Position numbers and translations under genes: made by a program. This document shows positions 9,935-20,298 of a stretch of DNA of 64,000 nucleotides, in pieces; position 1 is the stretch's first letter, and every line of letters begins with the position of its first letter. Origin of the DNA: a bacterium (GTDB lineage: Bacteria > Bacteroidota > Bacteroidia > Bacteroidales > UBA932); assembly GCA_963627885.1 (NCBI GenBank), contig CAVGCT010000019.1, positions 391 through 64,390 of the forward strand, in the 5' to 3' direction. Below the pieces are notes generated by a model, which saw only the letters and a program-made list of their open reading frames with translations, made no database searches and had not been told where the DNA came from.

Positions 9935-10888
9935 ATGAAAGAAGGAACCGCGACAGTGATCAAGAACGCAGGCAGCCATTTCCTGCTGTCGGCGCTTCCT
10001 GAATGGGCTCCGTTTCCGGCCGTGCTCAAGGGAAGGGTCCGGATCAAAGGAGGCTCGTCCACCAATCCCGTAGCCGTGGGAGACCGCGTGAAATGGGAGG
10101 CCGACATTCCCGAGGGGGCTTCCCCGGACGAGACCTGCCCCGCCGTGATTTCAGAGGTGCTGGACCGGAAAAACCACATAATCCGCAGATCCGCCAACCT
10201 GTCGCGCCAGTCCCATGTCATAGCGGCCAACATCGACACCGCATATATCGTCGTTTCCCTATATTTCCCCGAAATCAAGCTGCCCTTTCTGGACAGGATT
10301 CTGGTGACCTGCGAGGTCTATGGCATCCGTGCGGTGATCGTCCTCAACAAGACCGATCTCTATGGGAAAGAAGCCCCGGAAGCTGTGGACGATTTCCTGC
10401 GGATCTACCGCGGAGCCGACTACAGGGTGGTGGAGACATCCGTCCCCGAAGGCCTCGGAATCGAGGAGCTCAGAGATGACAGCAGAGGCAAGGTTTGCCT
10501 TTTCGCCGGAGAGTCGGGTGTGGGCAAGTCCAGCCTGATCAAGGCTCTGGACCCTTCTTTGGACCCGCGCATCGGCAAGATTTCAGAGGCCCATCTGCAG
10601 GGACGGCACACCACCTCGCTCTATGAGATGTACCGGACCGGCTACGGCGCCTATCTGATTGACGCTCCGGGGCTGAGAGGCTTCGGGCTGGTGTCCCTGA
10701 AAAAGGAGGAGATCGCCCTCTATTTCCCCGAAATGCTGAAGCTGGCCGGAGGCTGCCGGTTCACGCCATGCACGCACACCCATGAACCCGGATGCGCGGT
10801 GCTTGAGGCTTTGAAACATGGAGAGATCAGCCCCGAGAGGTACAATTCCTATCTGGGCATGCTTGAAGAAGACGGAAAATTCAGATAG
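9935..10888 (+). CDS. rsgA: ribosome small-subunit-dependent GTPase A
   Basis: Circularly permuted GTPase with NKTDL then GESGVGKSSL. C-terminal zinc knuckle CRFTPCTHTHEPGC. The first ATG is at 9935; the track ORF begins at a TTG at 9926. Confidence 0.9.
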   Translation: MKEGTATVIKNAGSHFLLSALPEWAPFPAVLKGRVRIKGGSSTNPVAVGDRVKWEADIPEGASPDETCPAVISEVLDRKNHIIRRSANLSRQSHVIAANIDTAYIVVSLYFPEIKLPFLDRILVTCEVYGIRAVIVLNKTDLYGKEAPEAVDDFLRIYRGADYRVVETSVPEGLGIEELRDDSRGKVCLFAGESGVGKSSLIKALDPSLDPRIGKISEAHLQGRHTTSLYEMYRTGYGAYLIDAPGLRGFGLVSLKKEEIALYFPEMLKLAGGCRFTPCTHTHEPGCAVLEALKHGEISPERYNSYLGMLEEDGKFR

Positions 10889-10896
10889 ACGGTCAA

Positions 10897-12276
10897 ATGA
10901 AAGGAATAAACAGAGAAATACTGAGGCTGGCGGGACCCAGCATACTGGCCAACATCACGGTGCCCTTCGTGGGCATGGTGGACATAGCCGTAGCCGGGCA
11001 CCTCACAGGCAGTCTCGCGGGAGCCACCCTCATCGGCGGCATCTCCATAGGGACCATGCTCTTCGATCTTCTGTACTGGAACTTCGGATTCCTCAGGGTG
11101 GGCACAGGCGGTCTCACCGCCCAGTCATATGGCCGCAAGGACCCGGCCGAATGCGCTCGCATTCTGTTCAGAGGCGTCTCTCTGGCGGTGTTCATAGCCT
11201 TGGTGATACTGGCGTTGCAATGGCCGTTCGTGAAGCTGGCCTTTCTGATTGTGGACTGCTCCGAAGAGGTCCGGCAGCTGGCCCTGAAGTATTTCTTCAT
11301 AAGGATATGGGCCGCCCCCGCCACGCTGAGCCTGTTCTCATTCAAAGGCTGGTTCATCGGAATGCAGGACACGATGAGCTCCATGGCGGTCGACCTGACG
11401 GTGAACGTGGTCAACATTCTGGCCAGCATAGTCTTCGCGCTCGGGCTCCCCCTCCTCGGATTTGAAGGCTGGGGTTTCCCCGGAATCGCCCTCGGCACAG
11501 TGGCCGCACAATATTCGGGACTGCTGCTCGCCGTAGGAATCTGCGCACTGAAATACGGCAAGGTCTTCGCCGGAGTCACGCCCCGCAACGCCCTCAAGGG
11601 AGCCAACTGCGCGGAATACATGGTCATAAGCCGTGATCTCTTCGTCCGCTCGGTCTGCCTGGTGGTCATCTATGTAGGATTCACCGTCATATCGGCCCGC
11701 TTCGGGGATATGCTGCTGGCCACCGGAGCCATAATGATGAAGCTGCTGATGCTGTTCTCCTACTTCACTGACGGATTCGCATATGCGGGAGAAGCGCTCA
11801 CCGGGAAATATGTGGGCATGCGCGACCGGGAGATGACCGCCATGACGGTGCGGCGGACCTTCGCGTGGAGCATGGGGCTGGGCATGTTCTTCGTGCTCAT
11901 CTACCTTGCCGGCGGAGAACTGATCGTGAGGATGATGACTTCGGACAGCTCGGTGGTGGCAAGTTGCCGACAGTTCTTCGTGTGGCTTATGCCAATGCCG
12001 CTCGTGGGCTGCTTCGCCTTTACATGGGACGGAATCTATGTGGGAGCCACGGCCTCCAAGTCTTTGAGAAATTCGACCCTGGCCGCAGTGGCGGCGTTTT
12101 TTGCGGTATGGTTCGCGGCCATAGCCCTGCACGGCGGGGTCTATGACGTAACTGCCATGCACCTGCTGATGCTGGCCTATTTCGCCCATCTGCTCGCAAG
12201 GGCCGTCTGGCTGCAGCTGCACTACAGGAAAGCAATTTTGACCGCCCCTTTCCGGTCTGACGGCAAGACGGCATAA
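10897..12276 (+). CDS. MATE family efflux transporter
   Basis: 459 aa, about 12 TM. N-terminus INREILRLAGPSILANITVPFVGMVD is typical of the MATE/DinF family. Confidence 0.85.
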   Translation: MKGINREILRLAGPSILANITVPFVGMVDIAVAGHLTGSLAGATLIGGISIGTMLFDLLYWNFGFLRVGTGGLTAQSYGRKDPAECARILFRGVSLAVFIALVILALQWPFVKLAFLIVDCSEEVRQLALKYFFIRIWAAPATLSLFSFKGWFIGMQDTMSSMAVDLTVNVVNILASIVFALGLPLLGFEGWGFPGIALGTVAAQYSGLLLAVGICALKYGKVFAGVTPRNALKGANCAEYMVISRDLFVRSVCLVVIYVGFTVISARFGDMLLATGAIMMKLLMLFSYFTDGFAYAGEALTGKYVGMRDREMTAMTVRRTFAWSMGLGMFFVLIYLAGGELIVRMMTSDSSVVASCRQFFVWLMPMPLVGCFAFTWDGIYVGATASKSLRNSTLAAVAAFFAVWFAAIALHGGVYDVTAMHLLMLAYFAHLLARAVWLQLHYRKAILTAPFRSDGKTA

Positions 12277-12286
12277 ACCCATATCC

Positions 12287-13651
12287 ATGAGCCTCTATTC
12301 CTATTTCAGAATCAGCAAGCCCTCCGCCGGCCAAGTTCCTCAGCAGGAAGTGGACGCGGAGTATAGACGGCTGCGTGCGCGGACATTCTGGGGCGTTACA
12401 GCGGCCTACTGCCTATTCTATGTATGCAGAATGGCGTTGAGCGTGGTGAAACAGCCGGTAATCGACGGCGGGGTGCTCACACCGGCCCAGGTGGGTATCG
12501 TGGACTCCGCCCTGCTCTTTGTCTATGCCGTGGGCAAATTCACCAACGGCTTCATAGCCGACTACTGCAACATCCGCCGGTTCATGGCAACGGGCCTGTT
12601 CGCCTCGGCGGGAGTGAATCTGGCGATGGGCGTACTTGGACTTTTCCAGGGATGGTTCGGGACCTCGGGCTTCGCCCTGTTCCTGATCTTCGCCGCAGTG
12701 TGGGGCATCAACGGATGGATGCAGTCAATGGGGGCGCCTCCCGGAGTCATAAGCCTTTCAAGATGGTTCCCGCTCAGGGAAAGGGGCACCTTCTACAGCA
12801 TTTTCTGCGCCACTCCATATTTCGGAAAATTCATTTCAATGGTCATGATAGGCCATGTGGTCCTGTGGATGGGCTGGCAATATGGCTTCATGATCGCCGC
12901 CCTCTTCGGGGTAATCGGCTCGCTTATCATTCTGGGGTTCGTCTCGGACACCCCCGAAAGCAAAGGACTGCCCTCCATTCAAGAACTCTCGGGCGAGAAA
13001 AAGGGCAAGGAGGAGGACATCCCCACCAGAGAGCTTCAGAAAGCCGTGCTGCGCAACCCGGGAGTGTGGATAATAGCGATCTCCAGCGCGTTCGTCTATA
13101 TCACCCAATACGGGATCTCCAACTGGGGAGTATTCTTTCTCCAGAAGGCCAAGGACTATTCGCTTACTGACGCGACCTATGTCATAGGCCTTTCAGAAGG
13201 CATAGGAGTGCTTGGAACCGTATTCGCCGGATGGCTTTCCGACAAAGTGTTCAGGGGCAACCGCCTGCAACCGGTAATCCTGTGCGGAGTGGTGTGCTTT
13301 GTCACCATGGCCCTGTTCCTGCTCACCGGCGGAGGCCGGCTGGTCAACATAGCCCTGCTTTCCGTCGCAAGCCTGTCGCTGGCGGCCCTGTACTGCATTG
13401 TGGCAGGGATCATGGCTCTGGACATAGTCCCCAGAAAGGCGACCGGAGCCGCTCTTGGAGTGGTGGGAATCTCCAGCTATCTGGCGGCCGGCCTGCAGGG
13501 CATAATCAGCGGCGTGCTCATCGGCAACTCCCGAGTGGGCGGCGACTACGATTTCACCGCCGTGGCCCTCTTCTGGTCGGGCTCATGCCTCATCTCCTTC
13601 ATTCTTCCGGCGCTGAACTGGAAGATCATGAAGAAAAAAGTTATTTCATAG
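12287..13651 (+). CDS. MFS transporter, organophosphate:Pi antiporter-like (UhpC/GlpT family)
   Basis: 454 aa, 12 TM. N-terminal YRRLRARTFWGVTAAYCLFYVCR and GKFTNGFIAD resemble the OPA family. Confidence 0.7.
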   Translation: MSLYSYFRISKPSAGQVPQQEVDAEYRRLRARTFWGVTAAYCLFYVCRMALSVVKQPVIDGGVLTPAQVGIVDSALLFVYAVGKFTNGFIADYCNIRRFMATGLFASAGVNLAMGVLGLFQGWFGTSGFALFLIFAAVWGINGWMQSMGAPPGVISLSRWFPLRERGTFYSIFCATPYFGKFISMVMIGHVVLWMGWQYGFMIAALFGVIGSLIILGFVSDTPESKGLPSIQELSGEKKGKEEDIPTRELQKAVLRNPGVWIIAISSAFVYITQYGISNWGVFFLQKAKDYSLTDATYVIGLSEGIGVLGTVFAGWLSDKVFRGNRLQPVILCGVVCFVTMALFLLTGGGRLVNIALLSVASLSLAALYCIVAGIMALDIVPRKATGAALGVVGISSYLAAGLQGIISGVLIGNSRVGGDYDFTAVALFWSGSCLISFILPALNWKIMKKKVIS

Positions 13652-13676
13652 GATTATCCGCGGTCACAGCAACCGG

Positions 13677-16130
13677 CTAGTGCCGTCCGTGCCTGCCGGA
13701 GCCATCGTGCCCGGGCTGGCGGCTGTCGTCCCTGCGGGAAGATGAGTGATGGCGGTCACCGCGACGCTTCTTGTCCCTCTTGGACGCCTGGATGGCGGCC
13801 TTGACTTTGGCCTTGCGGGCCTCCCTGTCACCGTGTCCGGCTCCGGGCTTTTCCCTGGATGGCTCCTCTATGCCTTCCTCCACCAGTTCATAGTCCAGAA
13901 TCCGCTGGTCCAGATTGGTGTTCTTGACCCTGATCTTCACCGGATCGCCGAGAACATAGACCTTTCCGGAGCGCTTTCCGACTATGCGGTAATGCTCCTC
14001 GTCGAACTCATAGAAGTCGCTTCTGATGTCGCGCAGCGCAATCATGCCCTCGATCTTGGTGGGCTCGATCTCCACATACATTCCCCAATCGGTGAGACTC
14101 GATACGCGGCCCTCGAACTCCTGCCCGATCTTGTCTTCCATGAACTCGACAAGCTTGTACTTGATGCTGTCCCTCTCGGCGTTGGCGGCTATCACCTCCC
14201 TCTCGGAGGCATGGGCGCACTGCTGCTCATAGTAGGCCTTGTCCTGAGAATCTCCGTCCTTGAGATATATGGCAAGCAGCCTGTGGACCATAGTGTCGGG
14301 ATAGCGGCGGATGGGCGAGGTGAAATGAGTGTAGAACTTGAAAGCCAGACCATAGTGGCCGATATTGTCGGTGCTGTAGCATGCCTTCGCCATGGACCTG
14401 AGCGCAAGCATCTCTATGGCCATGAATTCCGGCTTGTCCTTAGCCTCGGCCAGCAGGCCGTTCAGTTTCTGCGCGACATCGCCGCCCTCGTCAAAATTGA
14501 CCTTGTATCCGAAATTGCGCGCGAAATCGCCGAGAGCCGAAAGTTTCAGGGCATTGGGCACGTCGTGGATTCTGTAAACGAAAGACTTCGCGTTCTTGCG
14601 CGCCTTTCCGTCCATCTTTCCCGCCGTGGCTATGAACTCCGCCACCGACCTGTTGGCCAGCAGCATAAACTCCTCGATCAGCCAGTTGGCCTCCCTGCTC
14701 ACTTTCTGATAGACGGCGACCGGCTTTCCCTTCTCATCCACCTGCACCTTCATTTCCGGGCGCTCGAAGCTTATGGCTCCGTCGGCGAATCTCTTTTTTC
14801 TGAGTATGGAGGCCAGCTTCCAGAGGGTGAGAATCGCCTGCTTGCATTCGGCAGGAATGACGCAGCCGTCCTTGACACCGAACACGTCGGAGTCTCCGGC
14901 GCCCTTGCCGTCGGTTCCGCCCCTGATTTCCATGCCCATGGCCTTTTCGCCGGCATCGATTATCTGCTGAGCCGTCTCATAGGCGAAACGGTAGTCGGAG
15001 CGGATGACGGTCCGGCCGAACCAGTGGCCCGCCACTTTTCCTCTTGGGGTGACTTCAAATACTGCGGAGAAGGTGAGCTTCTCTTCGTTGGGGCGCAGCG
15101 AGCAGAGCTTGTTGGAAAGCTTCTCGGGGAGCATGGGCACGGTCCTGTCCACAAGATAGACTGAAGTGCCCCTCTTCTGGGCCTCCTTGTCCACCACGGT
15201 GCCCGGCTTGACATACCAGGACACGTCCGCGATGTGGACTCCGACCTCATAGTTGCCGTTGTCCAGGGCCTTGAACGACAGGGCGTCATCGAAGTCCTTG
15301 GCATCGGCCGGGTCTATGGTGAATGTCAGGGTGTCACGGAAATCCCTGCGGTCCTTGATGTCTTTTGCCGTGATTTTGTCCGAGATTTCGTCGGCGGCAT
15401 TCTCCACTTCGGGCTCAAACCTGTAGGGAAGGCCATATTCGGCCAGAATGGCGTGCATCTCGGTGTCATTCTCTCCCATGTCTCCGAGCACGTCCACCAG
15501 ATGGCCGGACGGATTGGGCTCGCCCCTTCTCCATGAGTCCACAACGGCCGCGACCTTCATTCCGCTGCGGGCCTTGAGTCTGCTGCGCTTTCCGTCTATG
15601 GTCTCATAGACTCCGTCCACTTCATATTCGCCTCCGTCGAGCGGGATCAGACAGCCCGAACGCGGAGCACTTTCCGCGGCTTTTTCTTCTGCGGCGGGAC
15701 AGGACTTCTTTTTCCCGTCGGGCTGCCCGGCTCCCTGCATATCTATGCTTATGTCATAGGGCATGAACCTGCTCTGCATCAGAACCCAGGCCTGTCCGCC
15801 CACTATGTGCAGAACTCCGATGAACGGTTTTACGGAGCGTTCGAGAATGGCTTTGACCTCGCCCTCTTTCCTGTGGTTTCCGTCGCCGCCGCGGGTTATG
15901 ACCGCCCTGACCTTGTCCCCGTTCAGGGCGCCGCGGGTCCTGGTGGCCTTGATGAAAATGTCGTCATCACGCTCCTTCGATCCCTCAGGGGTCACGAAAG
16001 CATAGCCGTCCCTCGTCATTCTTACTGTTCCTTCTATCTCGGGAAGATTCTTCCTGATGTTTTTCCCGGCTTTCCTTATCGAGGAACCGTCTCTTCTCTT
16101 TACGCTCATTGCTAATGTATATACTTCCAA
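13677..16130 (-). CDS. rnr: ribonuclease R
   Basis: 817 aa. RNB catalytic domain ([15 protein letters not shown]), C-terminal S1 domain and a basic Lys/Arg tail. Alternative ATG at 16109. Confidence 0.92.
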   Translation of the reverse strand: MEVYTLAMSVKRRDGSSIRKAGKNIRKNLPEIEGTVRMTRDGYAFVTPEGSKERDDDIFIKATRTRGALNGDKVRAVITRGGDGNHRKEGEVKAILERSVKPFIGVLHIVGGQAWVLMQSRFMPYDISIDMQGAGQPDGKKKSCPAAEEKAAESAPRSGCLIPLDGGEYEVDGVYETIDGKRSRLKARSGMKVAAVVDSWRRGEPNPSGHLVDVLGDMGENDTEMHAILAEYGLPYRFEPEVENAADEISDKITAKDIKDRRDFRDTLTFTIDPADAKDFDDALSFKALDNGNYEVGVHIADVSWYVKPGTVVDKEAQKRGTSVYLVDRTVPMLPEKLSNKLCSLRPNEEKLTFSAVFEVTPRGKVAGHWFGRTVIRSDYRFAYETAQQIIDAGEKAMGMEIRGGTDGKGAGDSDVFGVKDGCVIPAECKQAILTLWKLASILRKKRFADGAISFERPEMKVQVDEKGKPVAVYQKVSREANWLIEEFMLLANRSVAEFIATAGKMDGKARKNAKSFVYRIHDVPNALKLSALGDFARNFGYKVNFDEGGDVAQKLNGLLAEAKDKPEFMAIEMLALRSMAKACYSTDNIGHYGLAFKFYTHFTSPIRRYPDTMVHRLLAIYLKDGDSQDKAYYEQQCAHASEREVIAANAERDSIKYKLVEFMEDKIGQEFEGRVSSLTDWGMYVEIEPTKIEGMIALRDIRSDFYEFDEEHYRIVGKRSGKVYVLGDPVKIRVKNTNLDQRILDYELVEEGIEEPSREKPGAGHGDREARKAKVKAAIQASKRDKKRRGDRHHSSSRRDDSRQPGHDGSGRHGRH

Positions 16131-16138
16131 ATTATTTC

Positions 16139-16146
16139 TATCTTTG
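16139..16146 (+). promoter_or_regulatory. -7 promoter box TATCTTTG upstream of gpmI
   Basis: TAnnTTTG match about 89 nt upstream of ATG 16235. Confidence 0.45.
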
Positions 16147-16200
16147 TCCGATTGGGACGACGGGCGACAGACCGCCTGTGATGAACAATCACTTTGGGTG

Positions 16201-16208
16201 CAAAGGTA
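16201..16208 (-). promoter_or_regulatory. -7 promoter box TACCTTTG upstream of rnr
   Basis: TAnnTTTG match on the minus strand, about 70 nt upstream of ATG 16130. Confidence 0.35.
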
Positions 16209-16234
16209 AGAAAAGGAATAAAAAAGACACTTAT

Positions 16235-17761
16235 ATGAAACAGAAAAAAGTTCTTCTGATGATCCTCGACGGTTGGGGAGAAGGGAAACACGACTATACC
16301 AACGCCATATTTTCCCAGGGCGCGCCTTTCATAGATTCGCTGCGCGCGAAATATCCGTTCTCCCACCTGCAGGCCTGCGGAGAATATGTCGGACTCCCGG
16401 ATGGCCAGATGGGCAACTCGGAAGTGGGACACATGAACCTCGGCGCCGGCAGGGTCATATATCAGGATCTCGTGAGGATAAACATGGCCGCAAAGGCGCA
16501 CAAATTCCTGGAGAACAAAGAGATAAAGGCCGTTTATGACTATGTGAAGGAGAGTGGGAAGAAGCTCCACCTCATGGGCCTGACATCTACCGGAGGAGTC
16601 CATTCGTCGATGGACCACATCTACGAGTTCCTCCATGTGGCCAAAGAATACGGACTGGACAAAGTCTATGTCCACGCTTTCATGGACGGCCGTGACACCG
16701 ACCCCCACAGCGGGAAGGGCTTTCTCGAGGATCTCGAGAAACATATGGCCGACACCACAGGAAAAATAGCCACGGTCTGCGGAAGGTTCTATGCGATGGA
16801 CCGCGACAAGCGCTGGGCCCGGCTCAAGGAGGCCTATGACCTGCTGGTCGAAGGCAAGGGCGACAAGTTCACTTCCGCCACCGAAGGAATCCAGGCTTCA
16901 TATGACGCCGACGTCACCGACGAGTTCGTGAAGCCGATCGTGGTCACCGATGCCGCCGGCGAGCCTCTGGCCAAGATTGAGGAGGGCGATGCCATCATCT
17001 TCTACAACTTCCGCAACGACCGCGCAAGAGAGCTCACTTCGGTCCTCACGCAGAAGGACATGCCCGAAGAAGGAATGCACACCATTCCGCTCTACTACTG
17101 CTGTCTCACGCCCTATGACGCGTCCTTCAAGGGCGTGCACGTCCTGTTTGAGAAGGAGCTCGTGGACCAGACCCTCGGAGAGACCGTATCCAAGGCCGGA
17201 AAGCACCAGCTGCGCATAGCCGAGACGGAAAAATATGCCCATGTCACCTTCTTCTTCAACGGAGGCCTTGAGTCTCCCTATGAAAACGAGGACAGAATTC
17301 TGGTAGCGTCGCCGAAGGTCCCCACCTATGACCTGCTTCCCCAGATGAGCGCCCCCGAGGTGGCTGAGAAGCTTATCGAGGTGATCAACAGCGGCAAAGA
17401 GGATCTGATCATCCTCAACTTCGCCAACGGCGACATGGTGGGACACACCGGAGTCTATTCGGCCGCCGCTCAGGCCGTGGCGTGCGTGGACAGGCAGGTG
17501 GAGAAGGTCGTGACCGCCGCCGTGGCGCAAGACTATGCGGTGATCATCACCGCCGACCACGGAAACGCCGACTGCGAGGTGAATCCCGACGGCACTCCTA
17601 ACACCCAGCATTCGCTGAATCCGGTGCAGTTCATCGTGGTGAACGCCGGCGATGACGTGAAAGAGGTCAAAGACGGAGCGCTCTGCAACGTGGCGCCCAC
17701 CATCCTCAAGCTCATGGGCATCCCCGCTCCCGCCAAGATGACCGCCGAGCCTCTGATCTAG
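16235..17761 (+). CDS. gpmI: 2,3-bisphosphoglycerate-independent phosphoglycerate mutase
   Basis: 508 aa from ATG 16235 ([15 protein letters not shown]). Also has [13 protein letters not shown] and ITADHGN motifs. Confidence 0.95.
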   Translation: MKQKKVLLMILDGWGEGKHDYTNAIFSQGAPFIDSLRAKYPFSHLQACGEYVGLPDGQMGNSEVGHMNLGAGRVIYQDLVRINMAAKAHKFLENKEIKAVYDYVKESGKKLHLMGLTSTGGVHSSMDHIYEFLHVAKEYGLDKVYVHAFMDGRDTDPHSGKGFLEDLEKHMADTTGKIATVCGRFYAMDRDKRWARLKEAYDLLVEGKGDKFTSATEGIQASYDADVTDEFVKPIVVTDAAGEPLAKIEEGDAIIFYNFRNDRARELTSVLTQKDMPEEGMHTIPLYYCCLTPYDASFKGVHVLFEKELVDQTLGETVSKAGKHQLRIAETEKYAHVTFFFNGGLESPYENEDRILVASPKVPTYDLLPQMSAPEVAEKLIEVINSGKEDLIILNFANGDMVGHTGVYSAAAQAVACVDRQVEKVVTAAVAQDYAVIITADHGNADCEVNPDGTPNTQHSLNPVQFIVVNAGDDVKEVKDGALCNVAPTILKLMGIPAPAKMTAEPLI

Positions 17762-17780
17762 AGATTTTATCCCAAACTTC

Positions 17781-17825
17781 AAAAAGGAAGCTGACTAAAA
17801 ATTTTTGGTCAGCTTCCTTTTTTTA
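17781..17825. terminator. bidirectional intrinsic terminator between gpmI and the convergent membrane-protein gene
   Basis: AAAAA-GGAAGCTGAC-loop-GTCAGCTTCC-TTTTTTT. 10-bp GC-containing stem flanked by an A-run and a T-run. Confidence 0.75.
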
Positions 17826-17841
17826 TTGCCCTATGTCCACC

Positions 17842-18993
17842 TTAAATAAGGGAGAACAACATATACAGCAGATGCGCGACAATTCCCGCGATGAGTCCAG
17901 CGACAGTCTGGGTGAGGATGGCTTTGGGGACGAATCTGCGGAAGCCGATCGAATCCATGAGGGCGGTGTGCGTGGAAAGGAATCCGCTCCACACGATTCC
18001 TATAGCCGTAAACACCGCTATCGCGTTGCCGTCGATAGTGCCCGCCGCGTCAAGGGTGGGCAGCAGGCCGAGAGCGGCCCCGACGGCGCCGAGGGCGGTC
18101 ATCGGGAAGGCGATCAGCTTCATGTCGGTGAGACCGAACAGCCACTCGAAGACCCAATGGACCTTCTCGGCCAGCCAAGGCAAAATGGGCACACCCTCTC
18201 CGGCTCCGCCCGTATAAGCGCCGGACTCTCCCGGCCCGAAAGTGAACATGATCACGAAAGTGGTGATTATCACGACTCCGGGGATGATGGCCATGCTGAG
18301 TTCAACCCCCTTTTTGCCGCCGTCCAGCATGGCATTCAGGAAACGCATGAAAACACCCGTCTGAGTGCCTCTGGTCTTCTCGTCCGCCTTTTCCTCCTCA
18401 CCGAGCACCGGGACATACTGCTCCGCCATGGAGGGATCCGCGCGCAGGGCGCCCCTCTGGAACATTCTGGTGGACAGGATCGCGCCCACGAATGCCGCGG
18501 CGAGCCCTATCATGGCGGCGCCGCTGTCATAGCCCAGCATGGTTATGAGCACCACGAACCCCATCCCGAAAGTCGTTCCGAAATTGATGAGCGAGGCCAT
18601 CTGATATTTCTTGAAATAGGAACAGAACTGACGGTCCTTGGAAAGAGTCATTATGGCCGGATTGTCGGACATGAATGTCATCACGGCTCCGAGCGCGGCC
18701 ACTCCAGGCAAGCCGAAGAGCGGCTTCATCAGCGGAGTGAGAATCTTTTCCAGAAGCTTGAGCACTCCGAACTCGGAGAACAGCGCGCTCAGCGCTCCGG
18801 CCAGCACGATAATGCCCATGAGATAGAGCACAGTGTTGAGAATCAGGTCATGGGCCGTGTTCATGAGACTGCTCATCATGTTCTTTCCTCCCATGATGTG
18901 TCCGAGGACCCCGAATACGGCCCCCATGACCAGCAGGAAAATGGCGGCTTCCTTGAGATAGGTGTAGCGGCCGTTTGTCTTTTCTTTTTCCAT
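17842..18993 (-). CDS. integral membrane protein, nucleoside-recognition (gate) domain-like
   Basis: 383 aa, multi-TM. Resembles YjiH/SpmA-like gate-domain proteins (LLEKILTPLMKPLFGLPG). Function not assignable. Confidence 0.55.
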   Translation of the reverse strand: MEKEKTNGRYTYLKEAAIFLLVMGAVFGVLGHIMGGKNMMSSLMNTAHDLILNTVLYLMGIIVLAGALSALFSEFGVLKLLEKILTPLMKPLFGLPGVAALGAVMTFMSDNPAIMTLSKDRQFCSYFKKYQMASLINFGTTFGMGFVVLITMLGYDSGAAMIGLAAAFVGAILSTRMFQRGALRADPSMAEQYVPVLGEEEKADEKTRGTQTGVFMRFLNAMLDGGKKGVELSMAIIPGVVIITTFVIMFTFGPGESGAYTGGAGEGVPILPWLAEKVHWVFEWLFGLTDMKLIAFPMTALGAVGAALGLLPTLDAAGTIDGNAIAVFTAIGIVWSGFLSTHTALMDSIGFRRFVPKAILTQTVAGLIAGIVAHLLYMLFSLI

Positions 18994-18995
18994 TA

Positions 18996-19673
18996 TCAGG
19001 TTTCAGTGTTATCTTTTGACGGTGTTCCGAACAATTCGCTGAGGACGTCCAGCGACTTGACGTTCACCGCGGATTCGGTGTGGTATTCAATATATTTCAG
19101 AATTGCGGCGCACATTTCTGTCCTGTCCGCACCGCGCAGCGGCAGCAGCATGGACTCGGCAAGCGGCAGGGACATCATCTCCATTATCTGCGGAAGATGC
19201 TCCCCCGCAAACGGCCTCATGTCTTCTCCGGAGGGGCTGAAACCGAGAGTCACAGCCAGCTCCAGGAGGAAACGTACATGGTAGTTGCTGAAATCGCTTT
19301 CCAACGAATCCAGAGTGAGTATCGAGCGGAGCACCCAGTCATAGAGTCCATCCTCATTGGTTCCGTCCTTCACCACCCGATAGAGCACCTCGCTCATGAA
19401 CATGGTCATGGCGTTTTTGTACATATTGCCGCGGATGCCGGAAAGCGGCATCGCCGTACTTATGCGTCCGGCCCTCATCAGCGTGGACTTCGGATTTTCC
19501 GTCACGCTGGCCTCCAGAATGCTGAGCGGAAGAAAATGGGCCATTTCCGAACTCCGGCCTATCCTGACTATGAATCCGCTTCTGCCCCATTCGCGCGAGA
19601 GGGCATGCAACACGACCGACCTCTCCCCGAAACGGGTGTAGCTGAGAACTATGAGACCGGCGTCCCGGGTCAT
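18996..19673 (-). CDS. recO: DNA repair protein RecO
   Basis: 225 aa. The N-terminal OB-fold region GLIVLSYTRFGERSVVLHALSREWGR matches Bacteroidota RecO. Overlaps the rdgB stop by 4 nt. Confidence 0.75.
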   Translation of the reverse strand: MTRDAGLIVLSYTRFGERSVVLHALSREWGRSGFIVRIGRSSEMAHFLPLSILEASVTENPKSTLMRAGRISTAMPLSGIRGNMYKNAMTMFMSEVLYRVVKDGTNEDGLYDWVLRSILTLDSLESDFSNYHVRFLLELAVTLGFSPSGEDMRPFAGEHLPQIMEMMSLPLAESMLLPLRGADRTEMCAAILKYIEYHTESAVNVKSLDVLSELFGTPSKDNTET

Positions 19674-20287
19674 GGCCTCCTCTTTTTCAGGAAAGCGGCC
19701 ATCGCACGCAGAGCGCGTCCCCTGTGCGAGATGGCATTTTTCTGTTCCTCGGAGAGCTGGGCCATGGTGAGTCCTCCCGTATTCGGCGCCAGGCTTCCGT
19801 CCGGAGCGGGGATCTCGTCCGGGATGAAAACCGGGTCATAGCCGAAGCCGCCGTCCCCGCTGAGGTCTGTGCCTATGCGGCCCCTCACTTCGCCCTTGAA
19901 GACATGCTCCTCACCTTGAAACAGCAGGGTGACGGCAGTGCGGAAAGCCGCCGTCCTGTCCTCAGCCCCGTCAAGTTCCTTAAGAAGCTTGGCGATATTG
20001 GCCGCGGAATCATGCGCGGGCCCGGCATATCTGGCGGAGTACACCCCCGGAGCGCCTCCGAGAGCGCGCACCTCCAGTCCGGTGTCATCCGCAAAACAGT
20101 CCGTCCCTGTCCTTTCCAGCACATAGACGGCCTTCATCATGGAATTTTCCTCAATGGTGCTTCCGGTTTCGGGAATATCTTCGGCAATCCCGACAGAAGC
20201 CGGAGAAACTATCTCGAACTCCTCTCCGAGAATCTCGGAAGCCTCACGAAGCTTGCCTTTGTTGCCTGTGGCGAAAATCAGTTTCAT
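19670..20287 (-). CDS. rdgB: non-canonical purine NTP pyrophosphatase (RdgB/HAM1)
   Basis: 205 aa. MKLIFATGNKGKLREA, DDTGLEV and GFGYDPVF motifs. Confidence 0.9.
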   Translation of the reverse strand: MKLIFATGNKGKLREASEILGEEFEIVSPASVGIAEDIPETGSTIEENSMMKAVYVLERTGTDCFADDTGLEVRALGGAPGVYSARYAGPAHDSAANIAKLLKELDGAEDRTAAFRTAVTLLFQGEEHVFKGEVRGRIGTDLSGDGGFGYDPVFIPDEIPAPDGSLAPNTGGLTMAQLSEEQKNAISHRGRALRAMAAFLKKRRP

Positions 20288-20298
20288 CTTTCTATATC

